Positions 47,301 through 55,749 of a DNA stretch of 64,000 bases are shown here, in pieces (within the stretch, counting starts at the first letter, position 1; every line of letters starts with the position of its first letter). The translations under genes and the position numbers were made by a program. The notes below the pieces were generated by a model, which worked only from the letters and a program-made list of their open reading frames with translations, was not told the origin of the DNA and made no database searches. The DNA comes from Phoronis australis (Eukaryota; Animalia; Phoronida). The stretch spans positions 383,251 to 447,250 of the forward strand of contig NMRA01000253.1 of NCBI GenBank assembly GCA_002633005.1. The letters run 5' to 3'.

Positions 47301-49886
47301 CGTAAAATGCACAAAATCGACGGAATAAGGTGGCTGTGGTGATTGTATAGGTTTTGATGTGAAATGATGCACAACTGTTCCTTTTGTTGATGGAGCTTTC
47401 GACAGAAAGTAGAAGAAAAGTTGCAGGGTATATTGTCAAACAAAACATGCAGTTAGAACTCCACAGTGCGTCTGCCGAAAGTACGCTTACAGATGAGCAT
47501 TGTAACACCGACGGTTGCCCATAAGTGTTCGCAAGCCCACACCGCCCGCCCCCCACNAGCTAATTATCTATAAATTCATTTTGACTCGTTACAAGTACAC
47601 TATTGCACCAAACCAGTATAAACATATGTTTGTATTTTTAGTTTTCTTTCAAATATCTGGCTGACTAATATATTCTAAGATTAAAATAGCTGTAAATTTT
47701 GGTTTTGACTGTATAACAATCTGTCATTAATTGTTTCCCGCGGGTACTACGCACACACCTGGCATCAGAAGACGTTGGGTAAAAAACACTCAAACAATTT
47801 CAGGTCTGACATCAGGTAACGCATCACAATATAAGTTTTCAAGAAAGAAATACGACACTGCCTTATCTATTTTTATAGTTAATTCCACTCCTAATGAATA
47901 GTACGTTTGTGAAGGTTTTGTCTGTCATATTTAGGAAAGAATATATAAATGAGGTTTAAAAGTTTTGGTCCAGACTTTGGCGAATAACACACCTCCAGAA
48001 TAAACGTCAGTTTTTGTATATTATCGAAACTAATCCCCACAGTTGCGTGCACTCATATCATCTCTAACAATAGTGGAGAAAAATTTAAATAGGACCCTCT
48101 TTGGTTTGAATTTTAGCCGCCTTTTATACTATAATCGGGTCCACCAACCTTAAATTTGCAGCATTCGCATTTTTCGTATCTGTTGCGCATCGATCCGCAA
48201 TTTTTATAAATTCCACATCTATCCGAGTACATCTAATACGAAAAGAATAGGTTCTTGCATATTCTAATAAAAGACTAAAGAGGAAAGTGAAATTGTAGTC
48301 CCCAGAAAAAATGCAATCAAAGTGGTAAAAAGTTATCATGATTTACAAACTTAAACGGAGTCCAGATAGCCTGGCTCTATGGTTACAGAACACGCTCCCT
48401 AGTGTGACTAACCTGTTTACCATTTTTCTAACACCTACCAACTAATTATGCAGTTTGGGATTTCGTCAGCGGCTGACTTGGCGCCTCCCGGTTCCAATTC
48501 CTCTCGGTTCAGACAGAAGTCAATTTTAGTGAGGAAGGGATGCTTTTACTGAGAGCTCAGGAAAAAGACTGGCCGGTAACATTTAAATTCGTATTTGTTT
48601 TATGTCTACTTAACCGATCGACCATTCCGGGATTAGTACAAGATGGGAGATCAAGTTAAACCGGTCAAGCTTCTTTGGTCTTCCAGTTCTAGCTGAGTTA
48701 AATATATATGTAAATACAAATATAAAATGTTCAAATGTTTCTTACCCTTGGGTTGAAAGTTGGTGGCAAGTCGATGTCGCCTTCAAACTTTCCCGCTAAT
48801 TCTTCCGGATTTGCTTCCTCATGGACTCCTGAGGAACATGAAACATTACAGGAGTACGTCACTTATTGTACTCTTTCTAGTATTCATCAGTCGACGGAAC
48901 TGGCTTGTGTGACGTACAATACATGTCCATCGAATCATATCAAAATAAGCAAGGTAAATAGACGACCTAAAGCTTTCTTAGAAAGGGATTTTTGTTATTC
49001 GGAATTGCGTATAGTCCCGGCAATGTTTTGCCATCACAAGAAAGCAAAATTTAAACATCCAAATGTGCCACTGCAAGAAAACAGCAAACAAAGACCGGAC
49101 GATGGCAGCAGTTTTGAACACTCGCCGTTGCCTGAGTCCATTGAATTGAACTCCAATGTTTGCAAGCGTTACTCGATGCTGTTTGAATTAACTATGTGAG
49201 CATTCTCGCGGTGACGAACAACTGAATCCTTGCCACTCGTCGCATTTGGCACGACTTCAGCGTGGTCGGATTAATGCTTTAAAGTATTGTAGGAACTAAG
49301 TTTTCATAGTCGTAGAAGACAATAACCATTAAAAGACGTTTTCGTTTAAAAAAGGTAAACAGGAGTGACGGGCCCATTTCTTTGACTGAAAAATATCAAT
49401 GAACTAAGTAAATAAATAAAAACCCGAATCATTAAAATACAGAAATAAAGTTTTGGATGTTATAGTGCGGATACTTTCGATTTGAAGTTGGTTAAAGTAT
49501 ACCTAGTGCCACATCAATTAATGTAAATTTTGTTTTGCGCGCCCTAAGTTTGAGTGCAGTCTTACATGTACATGTGCTGAAAAACAAAGGTACTTACGTG
49601 CAGTTCGTCTTCGTAATGCTGCGGAATAACGGCCGTCAGTCTACAAAATTCAATTATAGTATTATCTATTTAATGCCGGGCTGTTATTCTGAATACATCT
49701 CTACGTATAAAGAATCGGCTATGCAGTATTCACAAGATTGTCTGATTGAACATCGGAAGGCTTCATCGTCAATTACCAAAAGTGTTCTAAACAGTACTTG
49801 TATCTGTATTTACCCACCTTTTGAACGGATCTGGCGAATATATGCGTCTGAAGTAAAGCTATGATCAAGAAAGACAAGACCAACAT
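12809..49886 (-). CDS. Multi-exon secreted astacin (M12A) zinc metalloprotease with 11 ShK-like domains and a C-terminal MAM domain (26 coding exons, about 983 aa)
   Basis: Exons 49886-49818, 49640-49598, 48828-48746, 44211-44136, 43235-43100, 41143-40968, 40089-39868, 37299-37246, 36595-36482, 36247-36212, 34409-34299, 33937-33911, 33589-33458, 33253-33107, 32570-32421, 30988-30869, 29800-29771, 28738-28631, 27657-27622, 24039-23869, 23020-22856, 22356-22210, 19535-19419, 17438-17298, 15204-14951, 12895-12809 all have GT/AG ends and compatible phases, and sum to 2952 nt with no internal stop. Motifs: hydrophobic signal peptide, FEGDI Asp-switch, HExxHxxGxxHE, SIMHY Met-turn, 11 six-Cys repeats, MAM motifs. 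The linker micro-exons are the least certain part. Confidence 0.92.
14377..14723 (+). repeat. Dispersed repeat, copy 2 (in last intron of astacin gene)
   Basis: Direct-orientation homologue of 1972-2353 lacking an internal stretch of about 35 bp. Confidence 0.9.
14951..15204 (-). CDS. Astacin gene exon 25: MAM domain, middle part
   Basis: HYLYVEASGNSNKVAKLVS...VCVRFASHMYGSNMGSLRI...QGDKGNQWTMNNVNLSVSGRSFK; Y-x-Y-x-EAS, CxxF..HMYG..MGSL and GNQW MAM motifs. Confidence 0.93.
16072..16465. mobile_element. MITE, GGTGTAATC-TIR family (near-complete copy)
   Basis: Long imperfect inverted arms, e.g. GCAAATTCAAGATAAGTGGTTATTA versus TAATAGACACTTACCTTGAGTTCGC, and right end TTCGAGTGAAAAGATTACAACCTGGG; many TCGA/CTCGAG sub-repeats. 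Confidence 0.68.
17298..17438 (-). CDS. Astacin gene exon 24: MAM domain, first part
   Basis: FPSTTCDFNKDLCGWKNSVEDTLDWRRRSSPTPTYATGPNADYEGG; CxF...CGW...DW...TP...TGP..D MAM signature. Confidence 0.93.
18037..18247. mobile_element. MITE, CAGTGGCGGATCTA family
   Basis: TIR CAGTGGCAGATCTAC / GTAGATCCGCCTCTG (13/15), perfect 5-bp TSD CGGAA. Confidence 0.82.
19419..19535 (-). CDS. Astacin gene exon 23: ShK-like domain 11
   Basis: CEDKLPNCIDYGKSSCTGQFEPWARDKCAKYCGYCSNA; GTAAGT donor. Confidence 0.93.
21960..22171 (-). mobile_element. tRNA-derived SINE
   Basis: Minus strand GGCAGTGTGGCCTGGTTG (A-box) and GGTTTCGAGTCCC (B-box), followed by CCCTTGAGCCAG resembling the CCTTGAGCAAG core of V/Meta-type SINEs; the 3' boundary is approximate. 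Confidence 0.62.
22210..22356 (-). CDS. Astacin gene exon 22: ShK-like domain 10
   Basis: CQDAINNCQAFGSSACKGDYEPWARTNCPAYCGFCKQTNDFTTTLPPA; GTGAGT donor; missing from the ORF track. Confidence 0.92.
22856..23020 (-). CDS. Astacin gene exon 21: ShK-like domain 9 plus poly-Thr linker
   Basis: TKCEDKRTDCKDYSSSACVGDYESWARDNCALTCGYCIAVTTTTTTTTTTSAPP. Confidence 0.93.
23173..23422. mobile_element. MITE with perfect 15-bp TIR
   Basis: CATGCGCGCACCCAG ... CTGGGTGCGCGCATG with perfect 5-bp TSD TTTAA and internal G/C runs. Confidence 0.85.
23869..24039 (-). CDS. Astacin gene exon 20: ShK-like domain 8 plus linker
   Basis: SCRDVLEDCHAYGKSACYGDFEPWARVNCAVFCGYCGDSGVAAVTKTLPGATTPST; GTAAGT donor. Confidence 0.93.
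25016..25112 (+). repeat. Local direct duplication (about 61-bp period)
   Basis: GTTATCC(T/C)GGCCAGTGGCTCGGA occurs twice. Confidence 0.75.
25993..26149. mobile_element. Short MITE (Harbinger-like GGC termini)
   Basis: CGTTCAGTAACGCTAGGACCT versus AGGTCCTAGCGTTTACTGAACG inverted arms; internal TAGGTCCTAGCG duplicated. Confidence 0.65.
27622..27657 (-). CDS. Astacin gene exon 19: Thr-rich linker micro-exon (36 nt)
   Basis: tcttcttttcag acceptor, TTTTPTTVTTA, GTAAGC donor; phase 1-1. Confidence 0.78.
28631..28738 (-). CDS. Astacin gene exon 18: ShK-like domain 7
   Basis: CKDERSDCKNYGQSACSGSYEPWARANCAAFCGLC; GTGAGT donor; missing from the ORF track. Confidence 0.92.
29771..29800 (-). CDS. Astacin gene exon 17: linker micro-exon (30 nt)
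   Basis: ctgtttccag acceptor, TIAPAVGTG, GTAAGT donor; phase 1-1. Confidence 0.65.
29944..30068. repeat. (CA)n microsatellite spanning a 30-N assembly gap (29984-30013)
   Basis: Read directly from the sequence. Confidence 0.95.
30869..30988 (-). CDS. Astacin gene exon 16: ShK-like domain 6
   Basis: CKDELSNCNAYGKGSCGGDYEPWARQRCAKYCGYCYDPH; GTAAGC donor. Confidence 0.93.
32421..32570 (-). CDS. Astacin gene exon 15: ShK-like domain 5 plus Thr linker
   Basis: AKCEDKRNDCKDYPASACVGDYEPWARDKCALTCGYCTGVTTTTTSVPP; missing from the ORF track. Confidence 0.92.
33107..33253 (-). CDS. Astacin gene exon 14: ShK-like domain 4 plus Thr/Pro linker
   Basis: TCADKLDNCDGYGTSGCIGDYEPWARDKCALTCGYCTADTTTTTAPPP. 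Confidence 0.93.
33458..33589 (-). CDS. Astacin gene exon 13: ShK-like domain 3
   Basis: CKDKIDNCKAYGTASCTGDYEPWARENCLLTCQYCKPAVTKPK. Confidence 0.93.
33911..33937 (-). CDS. Astacin gene exon 12: linker micro-exon (27 nt)
   Basis: ttaattacag acceptor, DVKPIDPA, CAG|GTGCGT donor; phase 1-1. Confidence 0.6.
34299..34409 (-). CDS. Astacin gene exon 11: ShK-like domain 2
   Basis: CDDKITTCNQYSKSDVCFGSYKPWALENCPKFCGYC; missing from the ORF track, found by reading the minus strand. Confidence 0.92.
35276..35365. repeat. (GA)n / (GGGAGA)n microsatellite
   Basis: Read directly from the sequence. Confidence 0.95.
36212..36247 (-). CDS. Astacin gene exon 10: candidate linker micro-exon (36 nt)
   Basis: gattttag acceptor, DVQRRNEKPTP, GTAAAT donor; phase 1-1. 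Confidence 0.5.
36482..36595 (-). CDS. Astacin gene exon 9: ShK-like domain 1
   Basis: CVDKLDNCLSYGKGACTGSYEAWARTNCERFCGYC; Cx6Cx7Cx11Cx3Cx2C. Confidence 0.93.
36820..37182. mobile_element. MITE, GGTGTAATC-TIR family (left end eroded)
   Basis: GGTTTACGCATTCGAATTTCTAG, AGCCTTGATGCT, TGAGTTCGCAAAAAAGTA and right end AAAGATTACACCCCGGGACCTG match the 16072-16465 and 11918 copies. Confidence 0.65.
37246..37299 (-). CDS. Astacin gene exon 8: linker (54 nt)
   Basis: aattttctag acceptor, GTGPVSPGAKVPVSINS, CAG|GTAAGC donor; phase 1-1. Confidence 0.7.
37401..37738. mobile_element. MITE, CAGTGGCGGATCTA family (degenerate)
   Basis: Starts CAGTGGCGAATCTAGG, ends CCTAAATCCCCCTATG; flanks TAACA / TAACT (4/5). 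Confidence 0.6.
38255..39188. mobile_element. Longer non-autonomous member of the CAGTGGCGGATCTA family
   Basis: Starts CAGTGGCGGATCTAGG, ends CCTAAATCCGCATATG; flanks GCATT / GGATT (4/5); shares the internal GC(A/G)CCGAATGG...AGGTCG...GAGGGG segment with the 18037 copy. Confidence 0.62.
39868..40089 (-). CDS. Astacin gene exon 7: Met-turn and end of catalytic domain
   Basis: RANNFDKY...PYDYGSIMHYSRLSFSKDGSSPTL...IGQRIALSPTDIKMIQLLYGCT; GTGAGT donor. Confidence 0.97.
40968..41143 (-). CDS. Astacin gene exon 6: zinc-binding motif
   Basis: CYSSVGRIGYDQDLSLGSGCERKGTAMHELLHALGFFHEQSRADRDDFVTVHFENILP; complete HExxHxxGFxHExxRxDRD signature. Confidence 0.98.
41881..42021. mobile_element. Partial inverted copy of the 18037-18247 MITE
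   Basis: Reverse complement of about 18105-18247 (GGGACAGGATCAAAAATAAA, GAAATCAGCTACTAAAA, AATCTTACACGGGA, GGCGGAAACCCC). Confidence 0.82.
43100..43235 (-). CDS. Astacin gene exon 5: catalytic domain
   Basis: QSKKNTIMAAMQEIMDVTKVGSSKCIQYIQRTTQQDYINIQPLRG; I-x-x-AM...CI-x-F/Y...DYI pattern of astacins. Confidence 0.93.
44136..44211 (-). CDS. Astacin gene exon 4: activation site and start of catalytic domain
   Basis: HRNALANKGQLWPNGIVYYTISDSF; R-NA activation site and W-P-x-G-x-V-x-Y motif; ttttcttgcag acceptor and GTAAG donor. Confidence 0.93.
48746..48828 (-). CDS. Astacin gene exon 3: propeptide with aspartate-switch motif
   Basis: VHEEANPEELAGKFEGDIDLPPTFNPR; FxGDI is the astacin prodomain motif; GTAAGA donor. 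Confidence 0.92.
49598..49640 (-). CDS. Astacin gene exon 2: propeptide
   Basis: ttttgtag acceptor, TDGRYSAALRRRTA, GTAAGT donor; 43 nt bridges phase 0 to phase 1 exactly as needed. Confidence 0.75.
49818..49886 (-). CDS. Astacin gene exon 1: start codon and signal peptide
   Basis: MLVLSFLIIALLQTHIFARSVQK then AAG|GTGGGT donor, phase 0; hydrophobic core typical of a signal peptide. Confidence 0.8.
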
Positions 49887-50737
49887 GATGCGGTGATATA
49901 ATTCCCGACAAATTAAAAAAATTACTAGCAATGAAAATGTAATGCTTTGAAGATATGTTTAATCCAGTTGATCAGCCCTGGCCAGTTCCAAATAAGGTAG
50001 TTCTCTCTCTGAAGAGTTTTCGTTGAAGCAAGGTGTTAAAAAGGAGCGATAGGCTGTCTTATCGGGAATTTTATCTCCCTGGAGAAGCTCCACGTAAAGG
50101 GTATGTAAACGTTAATGTGTCCTCTCGGACAAATCCTGTTATCGTATCTCACAACGTATTTAAACAAGCTGTTTGTGGAAACATCACCAAACATGGTCAT
50201 GACGTTAGTAAAGAAAGAGGTTGCGTAGTTTATATTTAAATATCATTACTACTCGTTCCCCGAACATCGATTAGCTCCAATTTGCTATTGTTATAGTGAC
50301 ATATATGTATGTAGCCGGAAGTGTTCTCTCGGTTAGTAACTCCCTTCAAACTGTGAAAGTTGCTTAAAGATCTTTTCTCAAAAACCTATTTTAAATATAA
50401 CGCTTAGTAAATATATACCAAAATAAGTAATGTTTAACAGTTTTCCCGTTTTTTGCTATCCAACTCAAATTTTTACCTCGACCAAAATCAGAAAATCATT
50501 GACAATTCTCTGCTATACCCGTGATTGAGTTTCCTATACTTCACTTCCAGAACGGTTCTTGAACTACGGCCATGTTGTCCTCGAAAACGTATTGATTCTA
50601 GTTCTGCTGAGCATTAAACCCGTTGTTATTTTATTTGGTTGTTTCCGATTCAAATTTTGGATCTCGAAATACACACTTGGTTGTATGTTGTTGAAATATT
50701 GTAAGTTGAAATGGTTAATACGTCTCACAGTGAGGAC

Positions 50738-52645
50738 CATAGACATCACACAGACCGGGCGCGCGCCAATCAGATACATGCAGCTCGCGTTGTCAATATG
50801 ACGCCATATTGGAGAGTGTTACACAGGACAAAAATGGCGGAAAACACTGGGAGCCCTACGGCATCAGTAAAAAAATCGGCGGGTGTTTTACCCGTCGGAC
50901 TTTCGTAGCCGAACTGCCAAATGGAATCCGAGAGAATTTAAAGGGGTATTGGCCCCCTCTAAATCCGCCACTGGGTTCTTCCGCAACAGGGATAAGCAGA
51001 CACGATACCCGAAACTGGTGATCTTTCAACAATGTTCGATACGCGGATGTTTAGTTCTGGGGGTCACCCGAGTAAAGCACGGCAAAGGAAATCTTGCTTT
51101 TTCAATATATGCGGCAATTAGGAAGTAAAAGTACTGAACCGTGTGCAGACTAGGAATATGATGTGGGGAAGCTGGGCTGAAGCAAAAACAATCACAATTT
51201 TTCGAAAAATCTTTCGTTTAGTTGCCCAACTTGGCAACTGTCCATTTTTACGCCAGGGCTAAATATCTGACTACTGAACTGCATGAAAACTAATCCAAAA
51301 TACGTGTTAAGAATGTTCCTATCTCACCCACGTTTTCTTACTATAAAAGTCAAATTTGGAACCGTGAGAAGTGAGGCCAAGCGTGAGTTGCAGAAGAATT
51401 TATTTTAAATTTCTCGGCGGCTGAGGTACGCGCAGTACGTATATCAGGGCGGGGGTGGAGAGGAACTGTTCGAAATAATGTGTGGGAGCGGTCTGGTCTC
51501 TTTCTGAGCAAATAATTACATGGTGGGGGTACCACAAAACGCCGACAAGTGCCTGGTGCTTGATCAGGGGTGATTTCAGATCCGTGAGAGAGGAATACCG
51601 TGCGTGAGAGAAGAATATTTGTCCGTTGGAAATCCCGAGCGATGATCTTTGCTTTTTACATTACGGAGTTCTCCCGTTTAGTCTAACATGTTCGGTTGTA
51701 TAGCGCAAGTTGGGCAGATGACCGCTGTAGCCAATGTCTTACACTGACTGATTAAGTCCAGTCTGGTAATTACGGTTAGAGGGTCAGCACTCTTTTGTTC
51801 GATAGTTGCTCTAGTCTCCAATAAGATCTTATCTTAATTACTGACTCACTGGGCTGTGGTTTTAAGAATAAGTTAAGTTATAAAATGTTTGAACCAAGAA
51901 CATTTCTGAATTCCTCCATCAAATACTGGTCATAGTTAAAGTTTTGAATCATCAAAATCGCCCAACTATACAAACGAAGTTAAGACTATCACACGCTCAC
52001 AATTGCTGTACGTCTGGTAAAGTCATGGAACGGGAGAACGCCCAAATGAACTTTAAAAAACTGTCATTCATCTATATGACTCCAATGAGGTCATTTTTAC
52101 AGTAGTTCACATTAAATCTATACCCCCCATTAAATGCGACATGGGTCGTATTCTAATTTTACCCGGGGTCATTTTCAGTACTGAAAACTAAGGCTTTTTG
52201 GGGCACAACAAAAGTATGTCCCAAGTGAGCAGAACTTCCCCTGGATGTAATGTATTTGCATCGAGCGACACGAATTAAATGATAAATTTTCGCGAGGTTA
52301 CTGGTTTCTCTTGAAAAAACGAAAACATTAAACGCTCATATTGGATAACAAGCGTGCAGCTGCTCAGACACTTCGAGAATCTGCCACTGGTTGCGATCTT
52401 CTATTAGTTTGATATTTTCCCTATATCGACTGATTGACACCTAAAAAACACTCTCAAGTGCGACATTACATGTTTTTTATGTTTCTGGAGAAAATCACAC
52501 TCTTCCGCCTCTTTCTGCGTTAGTTATCGCGCTTTCAAAAGGACAATTTGCCCCGTTTGTGTGACTAGTAACAATCACCAATATGGCGTCAAGTTGTCAG
52601 CTGCGGTAGCGCATGCGCCCGGTCTATAGTATTAAGATGTCTATG
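50738..52645. mobile_element. Non-autonomous DNA transposon with CATAGAC termini (P-superfamily-like), about 1.9 kb
   Basis: Imperfect TIRs of about 80-85 bp sharing CATAGACATC, AGACCGGGCGC and TGACGCCATATTGG-x-GA-x-TGTTAC; flanks GTGAGGAC (50730-50737) and GTCACGAC (52646-52653) match 6/8 as a TSD. Confidence 0.72.
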
Positions 52646-53715
52646 GTCACGACTGAGTGACCTGCTCATTGCCAAGGTCAAACGGGAAATTCCAGCAAAG
52701 ACACCCAATACGTTCTGATAATAACTAAGATGAAGCAGTCTTTTTATATCCGTAAGTGTATACTCTTCATCGCTATACCGTGACTCCAGTATCAAAATAC
52801 ATGCATGTAGACCATTGTCTGGCATGTCCCACGTTGCAACTGACAGCGCGCTTGGCACTTTCCAGCAAATGGCAAAACCTGCTTTGTTGGCCGTAAAAAT
52901 GTAAAGAGGTAAAACATCCACGCACGTTCGTTTTTCAAGAAACATTTTTCAGTACAATCCTTACCTGGCAATAGTGATCACCTGTCCTCCATTGTTAGAA
53001 CCCGGTCACTGCAATCTTACAGGTATTGTTGCCATGAATCGCTTCGCCGCGAAACGATTTCAAAGCTGAATTAATTTTAAATTTCAATTTTACACAAAAG
53101 TTATTCGAATGAAAAGTTCACATTAACTATAAACGGTTGTCAGTGAATGAAATCCGGCTATTAATTAATAGAAATTGCAAAATATGTATTAGTCAAAAAT
53201 TGGCGCTTCTGGAGTAAACAATAAGTTATAAGCAAGATGTCTGCGATGAGAACAGGAACCTGATGCAGTAGTTTGTTTAATTTCTTTGCCTCACAAATTT
53301 CAGCTATTCAGGGCATACGGGTAACTAAGTGTTCGTCTCGCGGCAATTCTTTCTCGAGGTTCTGAGAGTAGCTTGTGCATGTGTATTAACGCATCCTGGT
53401 GTGACGGTGTGACGACAGTGACTCCATGAACTGTAAATATCATTTACAATTACACAGTGAGGGCCTTCTACATGTACATTATTAGCCCACTTATTGAGAA
53501 TTATCTCTAAACTTGTTTCGCCTGAAGTTGTATTCTTCGCTGCACAAAAAATAGATTTTGAAGGCACAATAAGGATATATTTTGCACCTTTCATAAGCTT
53601 TGTGACCTTTTACAAAAGTTATGAAGGTGCAAAAGTGCAAGTTTTGTACACCTTTTTTATAGGTACAAAAGACTTTTGTACTTCGTTGAAAAGGTATTAG
53701 ACATTGATTAACTTA

Positions 53716-55620
53716 CAATCAATGAATCAATGAATAATCATTTATTTTAGTGCCCATTCCCAATAGCTACCCAGCCGCAACTTGGGCTTAAAAAAAACAT
53801 TTCCATAGAAAACCTAAAAAAATGGGCAATTCATACTTGTACGATATAATGACAAAAAGGAAATCTGACCAACTATCTCAATCACTATTAATTAAGTAGT
53901 AAATAACATCTTTTTCCCTGAGAAAGGCATTATAAATAAAACCGATAATTAATTTACTCACAGTGGTGTTAGTCACCAAAAAACTGGTTCCGATTTCCTA
54001 GCTCACCAAATCAGTGGCAGACCAAAATGGCCTCTGTAAATGAGCCGGTTCTGAGATCAATATACCAGCAAAGGAAGTGTATTTCATCCTCTACGTATGA
54101 GGCAGTACAATAACCACACAAACGCTCCTCAGTCAGTGAAAGAATACCGAAACGGCCAGTTTCCACTTCCAGCGGCAAGACGCCATATCTAAATTGAGAA
54201 AGGAGAACTTCTTTTCTCTAGAAATGCTCATTTTTAAACAAACTTCTGTTTGATAATTAATTTTAAATAATTTATAAATTCTTAGCTTTGGTCTTCTCAA
54301 AATTTCAGCCGTCACACCCCAAAAGATTCGTAAGTTTCATTTTGGCACTTTCCAGATCACAAGCTGACCTTGATAAAATGCTTCAATCTGATCAACCCCA
54401 GTAAAAAATTGAACTTTTTTGACCAATTGTCCTTTCTAAACGTGCGGTTCCAGTAAAATAGTTGTTTTGTGAGACGATTATCAGATATGCGAATAAGACT
54501 ATGCCAGAGCTGTAATATACACAATTACCAGAGAACTGTACTAGGTATCCACCCCATATCTCCATTCATCGCAACGATTGGAGTAAGTTTGTGAATCCCA
54601 AGAAAGTATAAAACAGCCTGATTTTGGATTGAAACACACTAAGGAAATAGTCCTGCCCCCCCCCCCAAAAAAAACACTAGAGCAATAATCAAGTATCGGG
54701 GTAACACACGCATCATGCAATGTGGTGTACATGTATGTCTTGAACCAAACATTACGCATGCGCTTGAATTTAGAGACCATAGCATCAACTAAACGGCCAC
54801 CAGATGTTGCTAGTGCGGCTGCAGCTTGTTTAAATTGCAAAATGTTCATCAAAAAGGATACCTAAATATTTATACTGATTCAGAGTAGTGAGCGGGTTAG
54901 ACGCATAATTGAAGACAAAGAGGCTTACGAAAGTACATAACTCAAATTCAGCTCCATCCTCCATTGTTTATACCAATTGTGCAAAAGATTCAACATAGCC
55001 TGCCTATCCTATTCCTGTGACGAGTGTAAGGCAATGTGGTCAGCATACAACGAGGAGCTTAGTACAATATTTCCCATAAAGATACCGATCCATTTCGTCA
55101 ACAGTCATTCATAAAAACTGAGACTAAAAAGAGTCGGAGACAGCGTATCACCATGGCGTACACCAACACTTTTAGGGAACCAATCAGTGGAAAATTTCTA
55201 GAAATCGGAACACGAGCCACAGATAGGAATAAATAGGTTTTATGGCATTTTACATATAACCATCAATACTACTGAAGAGAAGTTTATCAAATAATCAATC
55301 CCTATCTACACGGTCAAATGATTTTTATATCAACAAATGTTCCAAATGTTTTCATTTTGCCTATTTTAGATTGTAGACGCCAATAAAAAAGCATAGTTGA
55401 TACATGATCTATCTTTTCGAAAGCCGTTTTGCTCCTCAGCAAGCAGACTATACTTCCCAACACAAGACGATGACCTGGCATTCAGAATACCCCTACACAT
55501 TTTATAAACATAGGAAAGCAAGCTGATTCCCCTATAATTTAACGGAACACGAGAATAAGAAGGTTATTGGCTTTCAACCACAATGAGGGAACACGCCGAA
55601 AAAAGTTAAATTGAAATAGT
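53716..55620 (-). mobile_element. Decayed non-LTR retrotransposon (RTE-X-like) fragment
   Basis: Minus-strand remnants NYRGISLLS, AEEQNGFRKDRSC, GVRHGDTLSPTLF, LYADH (degenerate YADD), CVTPILDYCSSV, RPKLRIYKLFK; 3' end AATAAA plus (TTCATTGA)-type repeats near 53716-53746. Clade assignment is by recalled motif similarity. Confidence 0.82.
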
Positions 55621-55711
55621 TTACATTTGTAACTGAATGGTTGACTGATCAACGTCAATTCATTCAACAAGGCATCCACCATATTTGATAGAAAGAATTG
55701 AAACTTCAGTC

Positions 55712-55749
55712 CTAACACTGTTAACTCTTAAAAGAGTTAACAGTGTTAG
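55712..55749. repeat. Perfect palindrome (18-bp arms, 2-nt spacer)
   Basis: CTAACACTGTTAACTCTT-AA-AAGAGTTAACAGTGTTAG. Confidence 0.9.

Noticed and set aside
50726-50732. CACAGTG (RSS heptamer) next to the left TIR, suggesting a RAG/Transib-like end
   Set aside because: The right end lacks a matching heptamer. The apparent extension is explained by a palindromic 8-bp target site, and CATAGAC termini fit better.
52965-53035. Upstream ATG-containing exon with a CAG|GTAAG donor
   Set aside because: Both ATG frames stop within 10 codons; it could be a 5' UTR exon but cannot be supported from sequence alone.
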